A stretch of 62,608 bases of DNA, counting the filler, from Folioceros fuciformis (taxonomy: Eukaryota), in the NCBI GenBank assembly GCA_049999805.1. It is 11 parts of 11 records of this genome, joined end to end, with 100 filler letters (N's around TTAATTAATTAA, not from the genome) between each part and the next. Parts side by side here need not be neighbours in the genome. Positions count along the whole stretch, not along the records: positions 38,025 to 45,298 come from JBNGIO010001524.1; positions 45,399 to 47,039 come from JBNGIO010001525.1; positions 47,140 to 53,668 come from JBNGIO010001526.1; 8 more parts are not named here. One strand, given 5' to 3'. This document shows positions 38,025 through 50,600 of the stretch, piece after piece; the stretch's first letter is position 1, and the number at the start of each line of letters is the position of its first letter. Made by a program: the position numbers and the translations under genes. The notes beneath the pieces are model-generated. The model saw only the letters and a list, made by a program, of their open reading frames with translations. It was not told where the DNA came from and made no database searches.

Positions 38025-40082
38025 CTGGATGGTCAATATGACACTCTTGCTCCCATTAGTTCTGGGTTACCCCAGAGTTCGCCAATCTCGCCTATTCTTT
38101 TCCTATTCTTCACTTCTGATCTCATCACTCAACTTCAAACCATGGGTGGTGGCACTGGCTGGATTGATGACATGGGGGCATATGTCACTGCTCCTTCATG
38201 CAAAAAGTCTACAAAAAAACTTCAGGCTATGCTTCGTGTGGCATCAAAGTGGGGCCTCCACGCACCTCGTGGAGTTCGATTCTAACAAGTTTGAACTTAT
38301 TCATTTTTCCCTGAAGCGTAAGGAATCAACAAAGGAATGTACTCTTTCGTTACCCGATGGTTCCCTTATCACTCCCTCCGAGTGTATTAGGTTTTTGGGC
38401 TTCTATTTGGATTCCAAGCTAACTTGGAACATGCATGTTCATCAGGTTTCGGCTTCCGCAATGTGTACTTTGTCAGCTATAATCTCTCTTGGGAATTCAA
38501 TTTGGGGCCTCAATGCCAAGCTTCTTCGAAAATTATACATCAGTGTTGTCCTGCCCAAGCTCGATTACGGCTACAATATCTGGTTCAACGGAGGTTGTAC
38601 ACACATTCAACACCCTAAACCCTAACCTCCAATGGGTCCAACGTCTAGCCTGTAGAGCCATTACTGATGCGTTTTGAACTACCTCCACTGATGCCCTGGA
38701 ATTTGAAGCTTTTCTTCTGCCCACGGAGTTGCGCCTCCAACGCCATTCTCTCCGTTCTCTCCTCCGCAACGTCTCCTGCCCTCCCTCTCATCCCATCCAT
38801 CAAGTCTTTCTTCCTACGACTAACTACAAAAAACACTACCACAATGCTATCCGCAGTCGCCTCACACTTCTTTCCCCTAGTACTATGTACTCCGCTTTAG
38901 GACTGCCCACCTCCACTGTCATTGAGACTATTTTTCCTCGACTCGTGCCTCCCTGGGCCTCTCCTCTTTCTTTACCCACAACCATTGTAATTTTACAATC
39001 TCCCACTTCTGATATTGCCTTGCATTCCCTACATCTTTCGACTCCTGATGCCCTTGCCATTTACACTGATTGTTCTCTTCTAAATGGTCATGCCGGGGGC
39101 GCGGCTGTTTTCTACTTCAAAAGGGGTATTGTCCATCAATTATCTTTTGGTTTAGAAACATACTACGGGGTTTATGAGGCAGAACTCCTCTATGTGGTCA
39201 AAGCAATTTCATGCTTGCCCACCCTCTTTGCTTCCATCCCCAGGATTTCATCAGTTACAATTTTCCTTGATAATCAAGCAGCTATCATGTTATTAACGGA
39301 CACTTCGACTCGCCCAGCCCAAGCCATATCTCTCCAGGCTAGGACATCTCTCCATGCCTTCTCGGTAGCTCATCCGGTTTCCCTTAATCTCCACTGAATT
39401 CCGGGCCATCATAATATAGTTGGTAATGAGCATGCAGATGTAACCGCCAAGGCTGCCACTCTTCTTCCCATTTCCCACGAAGACCGGATCCTATCAGTGT
39501 CCAGAGCTCGCCAGCAAATTCATGCTACAAGTCTACAGGAGTGGCGTTTACGGTGGGTTTCCTCAACTAAGGCTTCTACGCTTAAGAGGGTGGTGCTTGG
39601 TGGCCCTTCGGCCTCAATGCTACAACGCCTTGGTCTCCATGACCGTAAGCTCTCATCATTTCGCTTCAAACTAGGCATATGGCTATTGGGGCTTACTTTA
39701 GAAGATTCAACATTGTAGAGGATCCATTTTGTCGGAAATGCATGTCTTCAGAAGAAACTCGTCACCACATCCTTGGCCAATGTATGGCCACTCGCAACAC
39801 TTGGCTCCAGATGTTTCAAGGCTCTTACTACGATATCCGCCAACTTCTTAGTGTTCCTAAACTCAGGGAAAAACTTCTCTCTTACTTCAAGGCGATTGGC
39901 AATTACTTAATTTAGGCTTATTGACATAGCTATCTAGACTTGCTATTTTGTTTGCTCTAATCCTCTTTCTTTTGCGCTTTCCCAAAGTGTCCATTCAATC
40001 ATGGTTTTGATTCACGTTCCGACGTCATAGCCTCACGGCTACATACGCCTAATGATAAATACATAAATAAATAAATAAATAA
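38025..40082 (+). mobile_element. LINE retrotransposon 3' part (RT, RNase H, CCHC), degenerate, Tad1/I-group-like
   Basis: WIDD; EFDSNKFELIHFS; IRFLGFYLDSKLTW; LYISVVLPKLDYG; RNase H IYTDCS, VYEAEL, FLDNQAAI, H*IPGHHNIVGNEHAD; CRKC..ETRHHILGQC; 3' hairpin TAGCC-tcac-GGCTA at 40028-40041 and (TAAA)n tail to 40082; internal stops and frameshifts. Confidence 0.9.
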
Positions 40083-40099
40083 TGAACATGGTGCTTTGA

Positions 40100-43000
40100 T
40101 GTCAACACCCCCGTGTGCTTCCCGTTCCTCGGACCTCGTGATGGACTTCGTTGGTCCTCCCAGTTGTTTGTTGTGAGCGTAAAGGGCCCCGTCCTACAAC
40201 TTGGGGCTTATGCTAGGTTCCCATGTAACCCATACCCGGAGGATTCCCAGCCACGTTGTACAAAGGATAATGAACATTAATGGTTTATGGCTGGGTTGAG
40301 CACTCTAGGTCGGAGGTTTTGGCCGGGTTTATTTTTAGGTACACTTGGATTTCTCCAACCCAGAGTACCCTCCATGCCGGTTGAAGCCATCTAAAATAAC
40401 GGAACGGCATTGTATACAATCCGGGTTGGATGTCATATGGGACCAGGAATTGCCCGTTTTTTTGCCATTTCCATGACCGCTACAAGTTGCCCTCTTTACA
40501 TGAATCATTCTATCGTAGAGGACAAGGAGCGCCTACATTGTACAGATGGACTCTTTTGTTATGCTATCGACTTCAGCAAGACCTCTGGCTGGATTCAATG
40601 TGCCAAGCATACCTGGTAGGTATCAAGTGTGAAGCATGCTACAAATTGTGAAGACATTGCTTATAGAAACGTGTATCAATCTCAACATTTGTCTTATGGC
40701 GTAGCTCCAGGTTTGAGCATGAGCGAGGGAGGAGGTCCTTTACTCCTCCAAACCCACACTCGGGATAATGTAGGAGCACACTTACAAGGTCCTTGCTATT
40801 CCGCAGCTTGGACGCCACAATTTCAGAGTGAGCTGGAGAGCCAAGGTCCTCAGAACCCGTCTGTGAATCCCAACTTTGCCGAGGGCAAGAAAAGGTCTAG
40901 GGTTCAAGCTTCAAATCACTCATTGACAAAGATAACACAGGGAAAAGGTGGGACGAATCTGAATTGCTCATATTGGTTTCTTTACGGAAGGAGGATGTTA
41001 TGAAGCACAAGGACAGCAGTATAAAAGAAAAGATGACTCCTGCCAACACAAGATGGGCTGTAATTTCAATTTCATGTGCAAGCCATAAGGTTTACAGAAC
41101 GGCAAAGCAATGTCGTGATCGCTAAGAAGCTCTCATGACGGACTTCAATAAAGTCCAAGATTGGGAGCGACTTGGTCACAATTCAGGACGGATCAACTAT
41201 TGGAATATAAAGAACGCTGAGAGAATTGCTCAAAAGCTGCCCAAAGCCTTCCTCCAGACCGTGTATGAAGCCGTTTATGTGTTCTGTTGCAACAAGGCAG
41301 TCAATGCCAATGGGACTTTTGATAGCACTAAACTAAATAGTGGTACTAGGAGCTCGGGTAATATCAAACAAGTAGATTCTGAGTGTTGCCCTAAGTTGGA
41401 CCCCTAAGTGTAGGCAAAACTATTTGGAGACGACGGGGAGCAAGAACATGCCTCAACCTGGAAAGGTAAAAAGAAAAAAACATCAAAGGACTCCACCATC
41501 ACTGGATTGGTGCCCATGATGAAGGAGAATCATGTTGCAAAACTAGAAGCCATGAGGGAAGCTAAGGAGCATCGGAAACAACGGCATAAGGAACTCTTAG
41601 ACTTAGAGCGTGACAAGATAGCATCCATTAGAGCAATGGAGCAAAGGAAACTTGAAGTGTATGAGTGTACCGAGGAGAAAAGATTGCAAGCTAACTTTGA
41701 ATTTGGGCGTGGAGTGGTCCAGGCAATGACCGACATATCTCTTGGGATCCGAAGTCTTAGTTCAGCTATCATAGAGGCAACCCATATCAAGAAAGGGTGG
41801 GTAGAACTTACACAACATTTATTTCTCGACAACAAAGAATTGAACGTATGGTTTCTAGTTCATGAGTTCATCTTATTGCTCCATAACATGTGCATCAAAA
41901 TGTCTCTCAACCCATGACCTTCGGCACTACCAAGGCCACTTGGTATGAAGTTTCGATGCATTCTATCTTCCTCATCGTCCTCCTCGCCATGTTCAGTTCA
42001 TGAAGCCATGTCGTTCAAAGAATCTTGCCTTCACTTCCTCCAATTGACTAGGCAAGGTGATGCCTAGCCTTCTGTATGATTGCTTTGACAAAACGGTGAG
42101 TAATTGTGCAAGCAGTTGATTGTCCGACTCTGAAGCTTTCACCTAAAGAGACAAAGCTATCATCTGTGGTCAGTCTCCTTAAGGCAATGGCAACCTGTTT
42201 CTACACATAGATAATCCTCCCGGGGATGTTCACAAATCCAGGAACTTGAGTCGGGTCAAGAACGTCATGAACAAGATTGCAGATGTACGTAAAGGTTGCG
42301 CATGGGAATTGATATAAATGGGAAAACCTTTTTGGATCTTCTTGTGCCACTTGAAGGTATAAAGTCCACATGTCCTGTACGCGGGGTTTCACATAGTACG
42401 TTGATAATTAAATGCCTGTTAGAAATCCCCTTGGTAATTGTCCTGTGCGGGCTGCAATTGCAAGAGCAGCCTCCAATTGTTGACATGACAGAACAATATT
42501 ATCAAGAGCATCATCTAGAAGTCTTTGGTCATCCATGCTCACAGATCTTAAAAATAGCCCTCAATCTGTGATGACAGCATCACTACTCCCCTCGAAGTAA
42601 TTCAGTAAATAAAACAAGTCTCGAACTACACTTAGTGTAGCAAGGGCTACACCATACATGACCATTTGCTCCACATTGGCCATAGATTGTCAATCCCTGA
42701 GCTTCAACCTAAAACGTAGCTGCTTGTTGAGCGTGAAACTTGCCAAGCTTTGTCAAAGTCCATAGCGACACTTGAGTTCGATCGTGAACAGCCCAAGGCC
42801 AGCTCGTTGTACTAAACAGGTGATGACCCGTTTCAGGCACTTGGCAACTGTCGGTCATGAGTTCCAATACGGGATCGTTCACATGTAATCGGGAAAAAAA
42901 TCGCTAAAAAAACGCTCAGGGTCCAGGCTACATGGGAACCTAGCATTATTGAGCTTGGGACTTGTTGCGCGGGTTTTTTTTGCGAACCGAACTTATATAG

Positions 43001-43696
43001 AAATAAGTGCAAGTGGGCAAGAACAACCATTAGGTGGGAGATGGATCACCCTGCTCGTAGGTATCTGCCTACTTGTCTAATATGAGATAGGGGAGCAGCA
43101 ACTCCGAAGAAGGCAATGCACAATATATATAGATAGAAGAGGTTACACTAGCTAGGACCCTAAGTACTTCTCACCACACATAAGGAGCAATGACCACCCA
43201 AAGGCCTTCCCCTCAAGTAGCAAATCTTGGGGCATTAAGTTTTCTTGGAAGGTTAGGGACCACTTTGAAGATGGCATATTGCACAATTGGATGCATCCGA
43301 CATATTGCATAACTGGATGCCTTTCGGCATTTTATACCCGATACAATGGTGCTCTATCTAACTCCCGATAGGCAGTGTTCCTCTCATCGTCTTAGGGAGG
43401 GAAGAAGCCTCACGAGGGGTGCAAGGCTGGACCCCTGGAGAAAATAAAATGCTACAATCTGATTTGTGCTTACGATGGGACTAGGGCTCCCTAATTAGCT
43501 TTGCACCTTGGACTTACTCGTCCATCACAAGCGGTTAGGCTCCCTCGATTGGCCACAATCTCGTCATTGACTCTGTCCGGCACCAGACGAAAAGAAGTAG
43601 AAATGCGAAGCGACACCGTCTAGGACCCATTGAGTTTGTGCTTGCCCCAACACCTCGGGGTTTAGCTCCGTCATCCATGACCCCACCGACCTTACA
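40100..43696 (-). mobile_element. Possible LTR-like sequence hosting the Harbinger insertion (about 0.86 kb net)
   Basis: Ends read TGTCAACACCCC (40100) and CCGACCTTACA (43696); TATA-like gggtataaaa on the minus strand near 43331-43340; no TSD, PBS or second copy found. Confidence 0.3.
40211..42945. mobile_element. PIF/Harbinger DNA transposon, non-autonomous, internally deleted
   Basis: 17-bp perfect TIR TGCTAGGTTCCCATGTA (40211-40227 and 42929-42945), TTA TSD (40208-40210 and 42946-42948); plus-strand Myb/trihelix relic (KWAVIS..RTAKQCRDR*EALMTDFNKVQDWE); convergent minus-strand transposase relic (FTYICNLV, KQVAIALRRL, FFERHGFMN, GLRDILMHMLW). Confidence 0.9.
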
Positions 43697-44316
43697 TTCA
43701 GCTAGTTGTCCCTTGGGATGCTTGCCCCATTGAGTGAAATAGGCTTCGATAGTGTCCCATTTTGTCGACCCGGGAGAACGGCTTGCCTAGAATCTCCCTC
43801 GCGAAACACCTTTGGGGTTTTACATCGGTGGAGGACACATGGACCGGGCTACTCTTTGGGCTAGAATAGAGAATGAATGCGAATGGGTCACTTTCGTAGC
43901 GCACTTCTGTCAGACCTCCTTCTTCCAAAGGCATTTCCACACTCGAAGGGGCTCTTGTTGGCCTTTTCCAACTGCCTATGTGAGGTGTAGCATCCGAGCC
44001 CCGCACTAGTGGCTTGACATGACCGCCGGTTGTGGCACCGGGTGTCTTTCGAAGAATTCGGACTTGGTCCATGGTTGTCCTCGAAGTTTCCATGAGTTCT
44101 ACCTATCCCAATTTTAGCCAGTATTGATGCTAATGGCTCCCCTTTGGGCTGGCATCGACTACGGCTGCTCGAGGCAAATATACCATTAATTTTAGGCGTT
44201 TCTCCTCTCCTCACATGAGGGGGGGGAGGGGGTTTCAGCCGGGTGAGTGGACCATTCATAGAGTGCCTCTCTCTCGTGTATCTCTTAATTGGGGTATGGT
44301 TCTCCAAGCGTTGGTG

Positions 44317-45298
44317 TGAACGACAAAAACTTTCGGAATCCCCATTTTGAGCGACGGAATGAGCAGGTTGTGATTTTTTTTGTGAAGGGACATGCGAATC
44401 GGCTTAGTAAGCGAGCAAGACCAGGGTGTTTATACCCAAAGTCCACCTTGGGCTTTGGGGTTTGGGGGTGTACTGGAGATCGGGACAAGGAGGAAGGAGG
44501 AAGCAGCGAGTGCCTCCCTGACCCTCGAGTCCTTGGGAACTTTCAGGTAGGCCAAAGTAAGGGCCGAGACGACGAGGCGACGGTAGCCGGCAGGGCAACC
44601 GTCGCTGGAGGAACGACTGGTGGTAGCCCGATGGGCGGAGGAAGCAGGCAGGGTATAAAAACCCTAGAGAAAGGGGAGCTTTGCCCAGTATCCGGAAGCG
44701 TGGGGAGTGGGAGTAACGTGAAGCGTAAAGTGGCTGAGGAAGGTGAAAGCGCCAGGACGACGGGACAGACGGCGCAGGGCGTAAGGGTCAAGCAAGCGCA
44801 GTGGAGTGGAAGACCTCCAAGGCGCGAGCAGTGGAGGGATCTGGGCGAATAGAGGAAGGGCCAGAGCGCGACCAGGGCAGAAGAGTTCTGAGTCCGAGCG
44901 CGAGAGGGGGGGGGCAGCCAGGATGAGGTCGCGACCTGAACTGATCCCTGGAGCAGCACCCTCTAGACAGGAGAGGGGACCTCCTGTCCCCCAAATCGAC
45001 CTGCTTCTGTGGCCCAACATGGAGCATTGGAGAGCCAGGGCAGGAAAATTGGTGGCAGAGCTGGGTTTGACTTTTATGACCCAGAAGTGGAACCATGCAG
45101 CACCTCAGCTGGTCAGGGAGTGCGCCCAGAGGCTGATAGAGCCCGTACGCGAGGAGGGGATCAGAGGCAGACCCCAGGAATGGAACTTGGAGTTGGTCAG
45201 GAGGGTCTACGGGCGCGACCAACAGGAGGAAGGGGGGCTGGTGCTGGAGTCCCTAAAGAGGCGTGGCGGAACGGGAGCGGCGGAAGCACTGCTCAAGG
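44317..45298 (+). mobile_element. Retroelement-type repeat (copy B), truncated by the spacer
   Basis: Highly similar to the reverse complement of copy C and, from 44645, to copy A; ORF MRSRPELIPG..LESLKRRGGTGAAEALLK open into the gap. Confidence 0.75.
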
Positions 45299-45398
45299 NN
45301 NNNNNNNNNNNNNNNNNNNNNNNNNNNNNNNNNNNNNNNNNNTTAATTAATTAANNNNNNNNNNNNNNNNNNNNNNNNNNNNNNNNNNNNNNNNNNNN

Positions 45399-46910
45399 TG
45401 ATCAGCCCCCATGCTCACACTTGGTCCTCTGATCCTTTTCCTCCTGGTGGGAGCCTTCTTTTATGGGGCCATCCTCTTCCTGGGCTTGGCTGGGGTTTCC
45501 TCCTGCGAGCTATCTCCACTGTCAGCTTCCCAACTGCTAGAGGCAGCCCTTACTGGGTCAGCGGGCTTCCACTTCACATCACGAACTGGCTTCCACAGGT
45601 GCAGCGAGGTCAGCCTTTCTAGCTCAGTGACCACATTAGCGTAACTGTACACGTGGATTAGAAACGGGGAAATCATAGAAGGTTCAGGGGTGGGTCTGAT
45701 CAGGTTCTGCCTCTCCTCATCCATCCGGGTGTATAAAATCCTTCCCCAGTCGATCTTGGTGCCCTTCACTACTTCATGCACAAACAGGAGCATCTGATCG
45801 GACAGATAATCCTGTTTGCATACCCGGAAGAAGCTCAGGAACCACCTGGCCAATCCCAACAACTGGGGACTTGCCATGTCGCGCACCAGCCACCCGTTCG
45901 CTTCCTTTCTCGTGCCTGCCTTGAGCAGTGTTTCCGCCGCTCCCGTTCCGCCACGCCTCTTCAGGGACTCCAGCACCAGCCCCCCTTCCTCCTGTTGGTC
46001 GTGCCTGTAGACCCTCATGACCAACTCCAAGTTCCAATCCTGGGGTCTGCCTCTGATCCCCTCCTCGCGTACGGGCTCTATCAGCCTCAGGGCGCACTCC
46101 TTGACCAGCTGAGGTGCTGCATGGTTCCACTTCTGGGTCATAAAAGTCAGACCCAGCTTTGCCACCAATTTTCCTACCCTGACTCTCCAATGCTCCATGT
46201 TGGGCCACAGAAGTAGGTCGATTTGGGGGACAGGAGGTCCCCTCTCCTGTCTAGAGGCTGCTGCTCCAGGGATCAGTTCAGGCCGCGACCTCATCCTGCA
46301 TGTCCCCCTCCTCTCGCGCTCGGACTCCGAACTCTTCTGTCCTGGTCGCGCTCTGGCCCTTCCTCTGTTTGCCCAGATCTCTCCACCGCTCGCGCCTTGG
46401 AGGTCTCCCACTCCCCTGCGCCTGCTCGACCCTTACGCCCTGCACCGTCTATCCCGTCGTCCTGGTGCTTTCGCCTTCCTCAGCCACTTTACGCTTCAAG
46501 TTACTCCCGCTCCCCACGCTTCCGGATACTGGACAAAGCTCCCCTTTCTCTAGGGTTTTTATACCCTGCCTGCTTTCTCTTCTTACCGCCCATCGGGCTA
46601 CCACCAGTCGTTCCTCTGGCGACGGTTGCCCTGCCGGCTACCGTCGCCCCGTCGTCTCGGCCCTTACTTTGGCCTACCTTAATGTTCTCAAGGACTCGAG
46701 GGTCAGGGAGGCACTCGCTGCTTCCTCCTTCCTCCTTGTCCCGATCTCCAGTACACCCCAAACCCCGAAGCCCAAGGTGGACTTTGGGTATAAACACCAT
46801 GGTCTTACTCGCTTACTAAGCCGATTCGCCTGTCCCTTCACAAAAAGAATCACAACTTGCTCATTCCGTCGCTCAAAATGGGGATTCCGAAAGTTTTTTT
46901 CGTTCACAAC
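45399..46910 (-). mobile_element. Retroelement-type repeat (copy C) with 316-aa extra ORF
   Basis: ORF 46411-45461 matches copies A and B; it ends at TAA where copy A has CAA (MVPQKK), so the stop looks like a C>T mutation. Confidence 0.75.
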
Positions 46911-47650
46911 TTGTAATTAAAGATACACATTATAATGCTAGCTATCCTTGGTTTGAAACAAGCAATCTTCCAAAGGAGCCAGAGGAATCCATGCTGCATT
47001 GACCAAGGATAACTTGTTAAGTTGTAGTTTGCATTTTGGNNNNNNNNNNNNNNNNNNNNNNNNNNNNNNNNNNNNNNNNNNNNTTAATTAATTAANNNNN
47101 NNNNNNNNNNNNNNNNNNNNNNNNNNNNNNNNNNNNNNNATTATGTGTCTAGTTAAATTTCATATCATCAAACATCAATGCTTTTCCTTCTACTTGATCA
47201 ATTTCCCTTATCACTTCAAAACATTGCTTGCTATACTAAATAATATTCTATAATATTACATGTACATTTTTATGATAAGTAGATATTATTTATTTTAAAA
47301 TATTATTATTTAAAGTACTATTGTAGGTAATAAATTAGTTTTATTTTATTTTATAAATAATAAGAGATTAAGAAGGGAAGGAGATTTATCCCATCAAGAT
47401 TTATGCTGACATATTGGAACCACTGAAGTTGAAGTATATATATGTCCATTGATCTACCTTGGCATGATACATTATTTATCCATGTATGACATATGTCACA
47501 TTATGCATAGATAATGTGTCGTGCCTGATGGGCGTTAGGAAGAAGAAAGACTCAATAGAGATCCCTCTAGGGGGTAGCGTTATCGTCATGTTCTGATATG
47601 GCCTGCGAGCAACTCTGAGTGAGCCTTTTCTGATCGTGGCGCGTTTTTTT

Positions 47651-50600
47651 TCACCCGAAATCTTGATGGGATTCAAATTCTCCGTTTTGGACAAGAAATG
47701 CGTCAGACCGGATCTGATTCGACGTTCTTTCATCATCACCGCGATGCTCCTTATCCCCAGCCACGAAACTGTGCAGCAATCCGTCTGTGTCTGTCCACCA
47801 GCTTTGACCTGGCTGCTTCCAAGCTCTAATTCTTTTTCTCCTTGTCTGCGTCTCACGTGCCTGCTCCCACATCCGAGCTCCGGTGTATATGTTCCACATC
47901 AACACATATGCTGCCGCATCTTTCTTGTCGAGTTTCACTGCTTCATTGAAAGCACGGCATCCCACTTGTACGTTGTTCCACTTTCGACAAGCACCCAACA
48001 GAGTGTGCCAAATGTCGGCATTAGGTGGAACATGCATCCTCTCTACCCAAGCTAGTGCCTCATCGAGTTGGCCCGCTCGTCCCAAAAGGTCCACCATACA
48101 TGTGTAGTGCTCCGCCATTGGAGTGATCTCATATTGTCTTGTCATAAGCTCAAAGTAACTCTTCCCTTTGTCCACCACACCTACATGACTGCATGCTTTA
48201 AGTACACTAAGGAATGTGATGCCGTCTGGCTGTATCCCAGCTTCGATCATCCTGTGAAATAAGTCAAAGACCACTTCATCGTCTCCTTGACACGTGTAGC
48301 CTCCAATCAGTGCACTCCACGCGAAAACGCTTCTTTCTGGCAGCGAATCAAAGACCTGCTGCGCATCCGCCATGCTCCCACACTTCCCATACATGTTAAC
48401 CAAACTGCTAGCCACAAACACATCTGCTTGAAGCCCTTGTTCTTCAATCTGTGCATGTAGCTGCCTTCCAATATGCAGAGCTGCCACACTTGCGCATGCC
48501 TGTAGGAGGCACACAAAGGTCACAGCGTCGGGTACAGAAAGCCCATCATCTTGCATAGCACTGTAGAGACGAAGGGCTTCCTGGCCCATGCCCTGCTCCG
48601 AATAACCTTGTATCATGGCAGTCCAAATCACCACATTTTTTTCAAGAAGCATGTCAAAAACTCTTTCAGCGTTATCCAAGCTGCCACACTTTGCGTACAT
48701 GCTTACCAGACTGCTGGCTACAAACGCATCTGCTTCATGTCCTCTTTCCTTAATTTGAGAGTGTAGCTGCTTCCCCTTGTCCAAACCGAGGGTGCCCATA
48801 CTTGCACATGCCTGCAGGAGGCACCCAAATGTTACAGTATCGGCTACAGTCCTGGGACATTCTTGCATAGCACTGTAAAGGCTAAGGGCTTCCTGGCACA
48901 TACCCTGCTGGGAATACCCAGCAATCATGGTATTCCACATCACTAAATCCTTCTTCCCAAGCTCATCAAACACTCCCCTTGCATCCCCTAGGCTACCACA
49001 CTTTGCATACATGTTAATCAAATTGCTCGCAACAAACACATCAGCCTGATGTCCTCCTTCTCTAATTTGCGCATGGAACTGCTTCCCACTCTCCAATGCA
49101 GGGCTGCCCACACTCGCACATGCTTGCAGGAGGCAAGCGAATGTCACAGAGTCTGGTACAGAGATTCCTTCCTCTTGCATAGCACTGTACAGGCAAAGGG
49201 CTTTCAGGCCCATACCCTGTTGGGAATATGCGCCTATCATGGCATTCCACGTTACGACATCTTTCTGACTCAGTTCATCGAACACTGTCTGAGCATCCTC
49301 TAAACCCCCACACTTTGCATACATGTGTATCAAACTGTTGGCTACAAACAAATCTGCTTGATGTCCTTGTTCTTTAATTTGCACATGAAGCTGCCTGCCC
49401 TTTTCCAAAGAGGAGCTTCCCACACTCGCACATGCCTGAAGGAGGCACGAATATGTCACGGAATTTGGTACAGTGTTGGCTTCTCCTTGCATAGCACTGT
49501 AAAGACGAAGGGCTTCCTGGCCCATGCCCTGCTGGGAATAGCCTGCTATCATGGCATTCCACGTCACCACATCTTTCCGGCCAAGGTCGTCAAATACTCT
49601 TTGAGCATCCTCAAGGCTGCCGCACTTTGCATACATGTTTACCAAACTATTGGCGACAAACACGTCTGCTTGAATTCCTTGTTCTTCAATTTGCATACGG
49701 AGCTCCATACCCTTCTCCAAAGCTGAGGTCCCCACAACTGCGCATGCCTGTAGAAGGCATACAAATGTCACTGAATTAGGTTCAGCAATGCCAACCTCTT
49801 GCATGTCACTGTAGACACGAAGCGCTTCTTCTCCCATGCCTTTCTGGGAATATCCTGCAATTAGAGAATTCCATGTAACCACATCCTTCTGGCCAAGTCC
49901 ATCAAACACTCTTTGAGCATCCTCTATGCTGCCACACTTTACATACATGTTTACCAAACTGCTGGCCACAAACCCATCGACTTGATGTGCTTGGTCATTA
50001 AGCTGTCTATGAAGCTGCTTCCCCTTCTCCAATGCCATGGTGCCCACACTTGCGCATGCTTGCAGCAGGCACACAAATGTCACAGCATTGGGTAGAGCTG
50101 TGCCTTCGTCTTGCATTGCATCGTATAGATGAAGGGCATCATGGAACATGCCATGCTGCGAATATCCTCCAATTAGAGCAGTCCAGGTTACAACATCTTT
50201 GTGCTCAAGTCCATCAAACAATCTCTGAGCATCTTCCAAGCTTCCACATTTTGCATACATGTTCACCAAACTGTTGCCTATAAAACCATCAGGTTGGAGC
50301 CCCTGTTCTCTAACTTGCGCATGAAGCTGCTTACCCTTTTCCAACGCTCTGGTGCCCACACTTGCACATGCCTGAAGGAGGTATACAAATGTCACAGAAT
50401 TGGGTACAACGATGCCCTCTTCTTGCATGGCATGATGGAGTTGAAAGGCTTCCTGCCCCATTCCCTGCTGTGTATAAGCTGCAATCATGGCATTCCAGGT
50501 CACCACATCCTTTTCACGCAACTGCGTGAACACAATCTGAGCGTCTTCCAAGCTGCCACATTTTGCATACATATTGACCAAACTAGTAGCTACGAAACTA

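Noticed and set aside
44317-46910. Apparent 1-kb inverted repeat formed by copies B and C
   Set aside because: The arms lie on either side of an artificial spacer and differ by substitutions and indels; adjacency is unproven.
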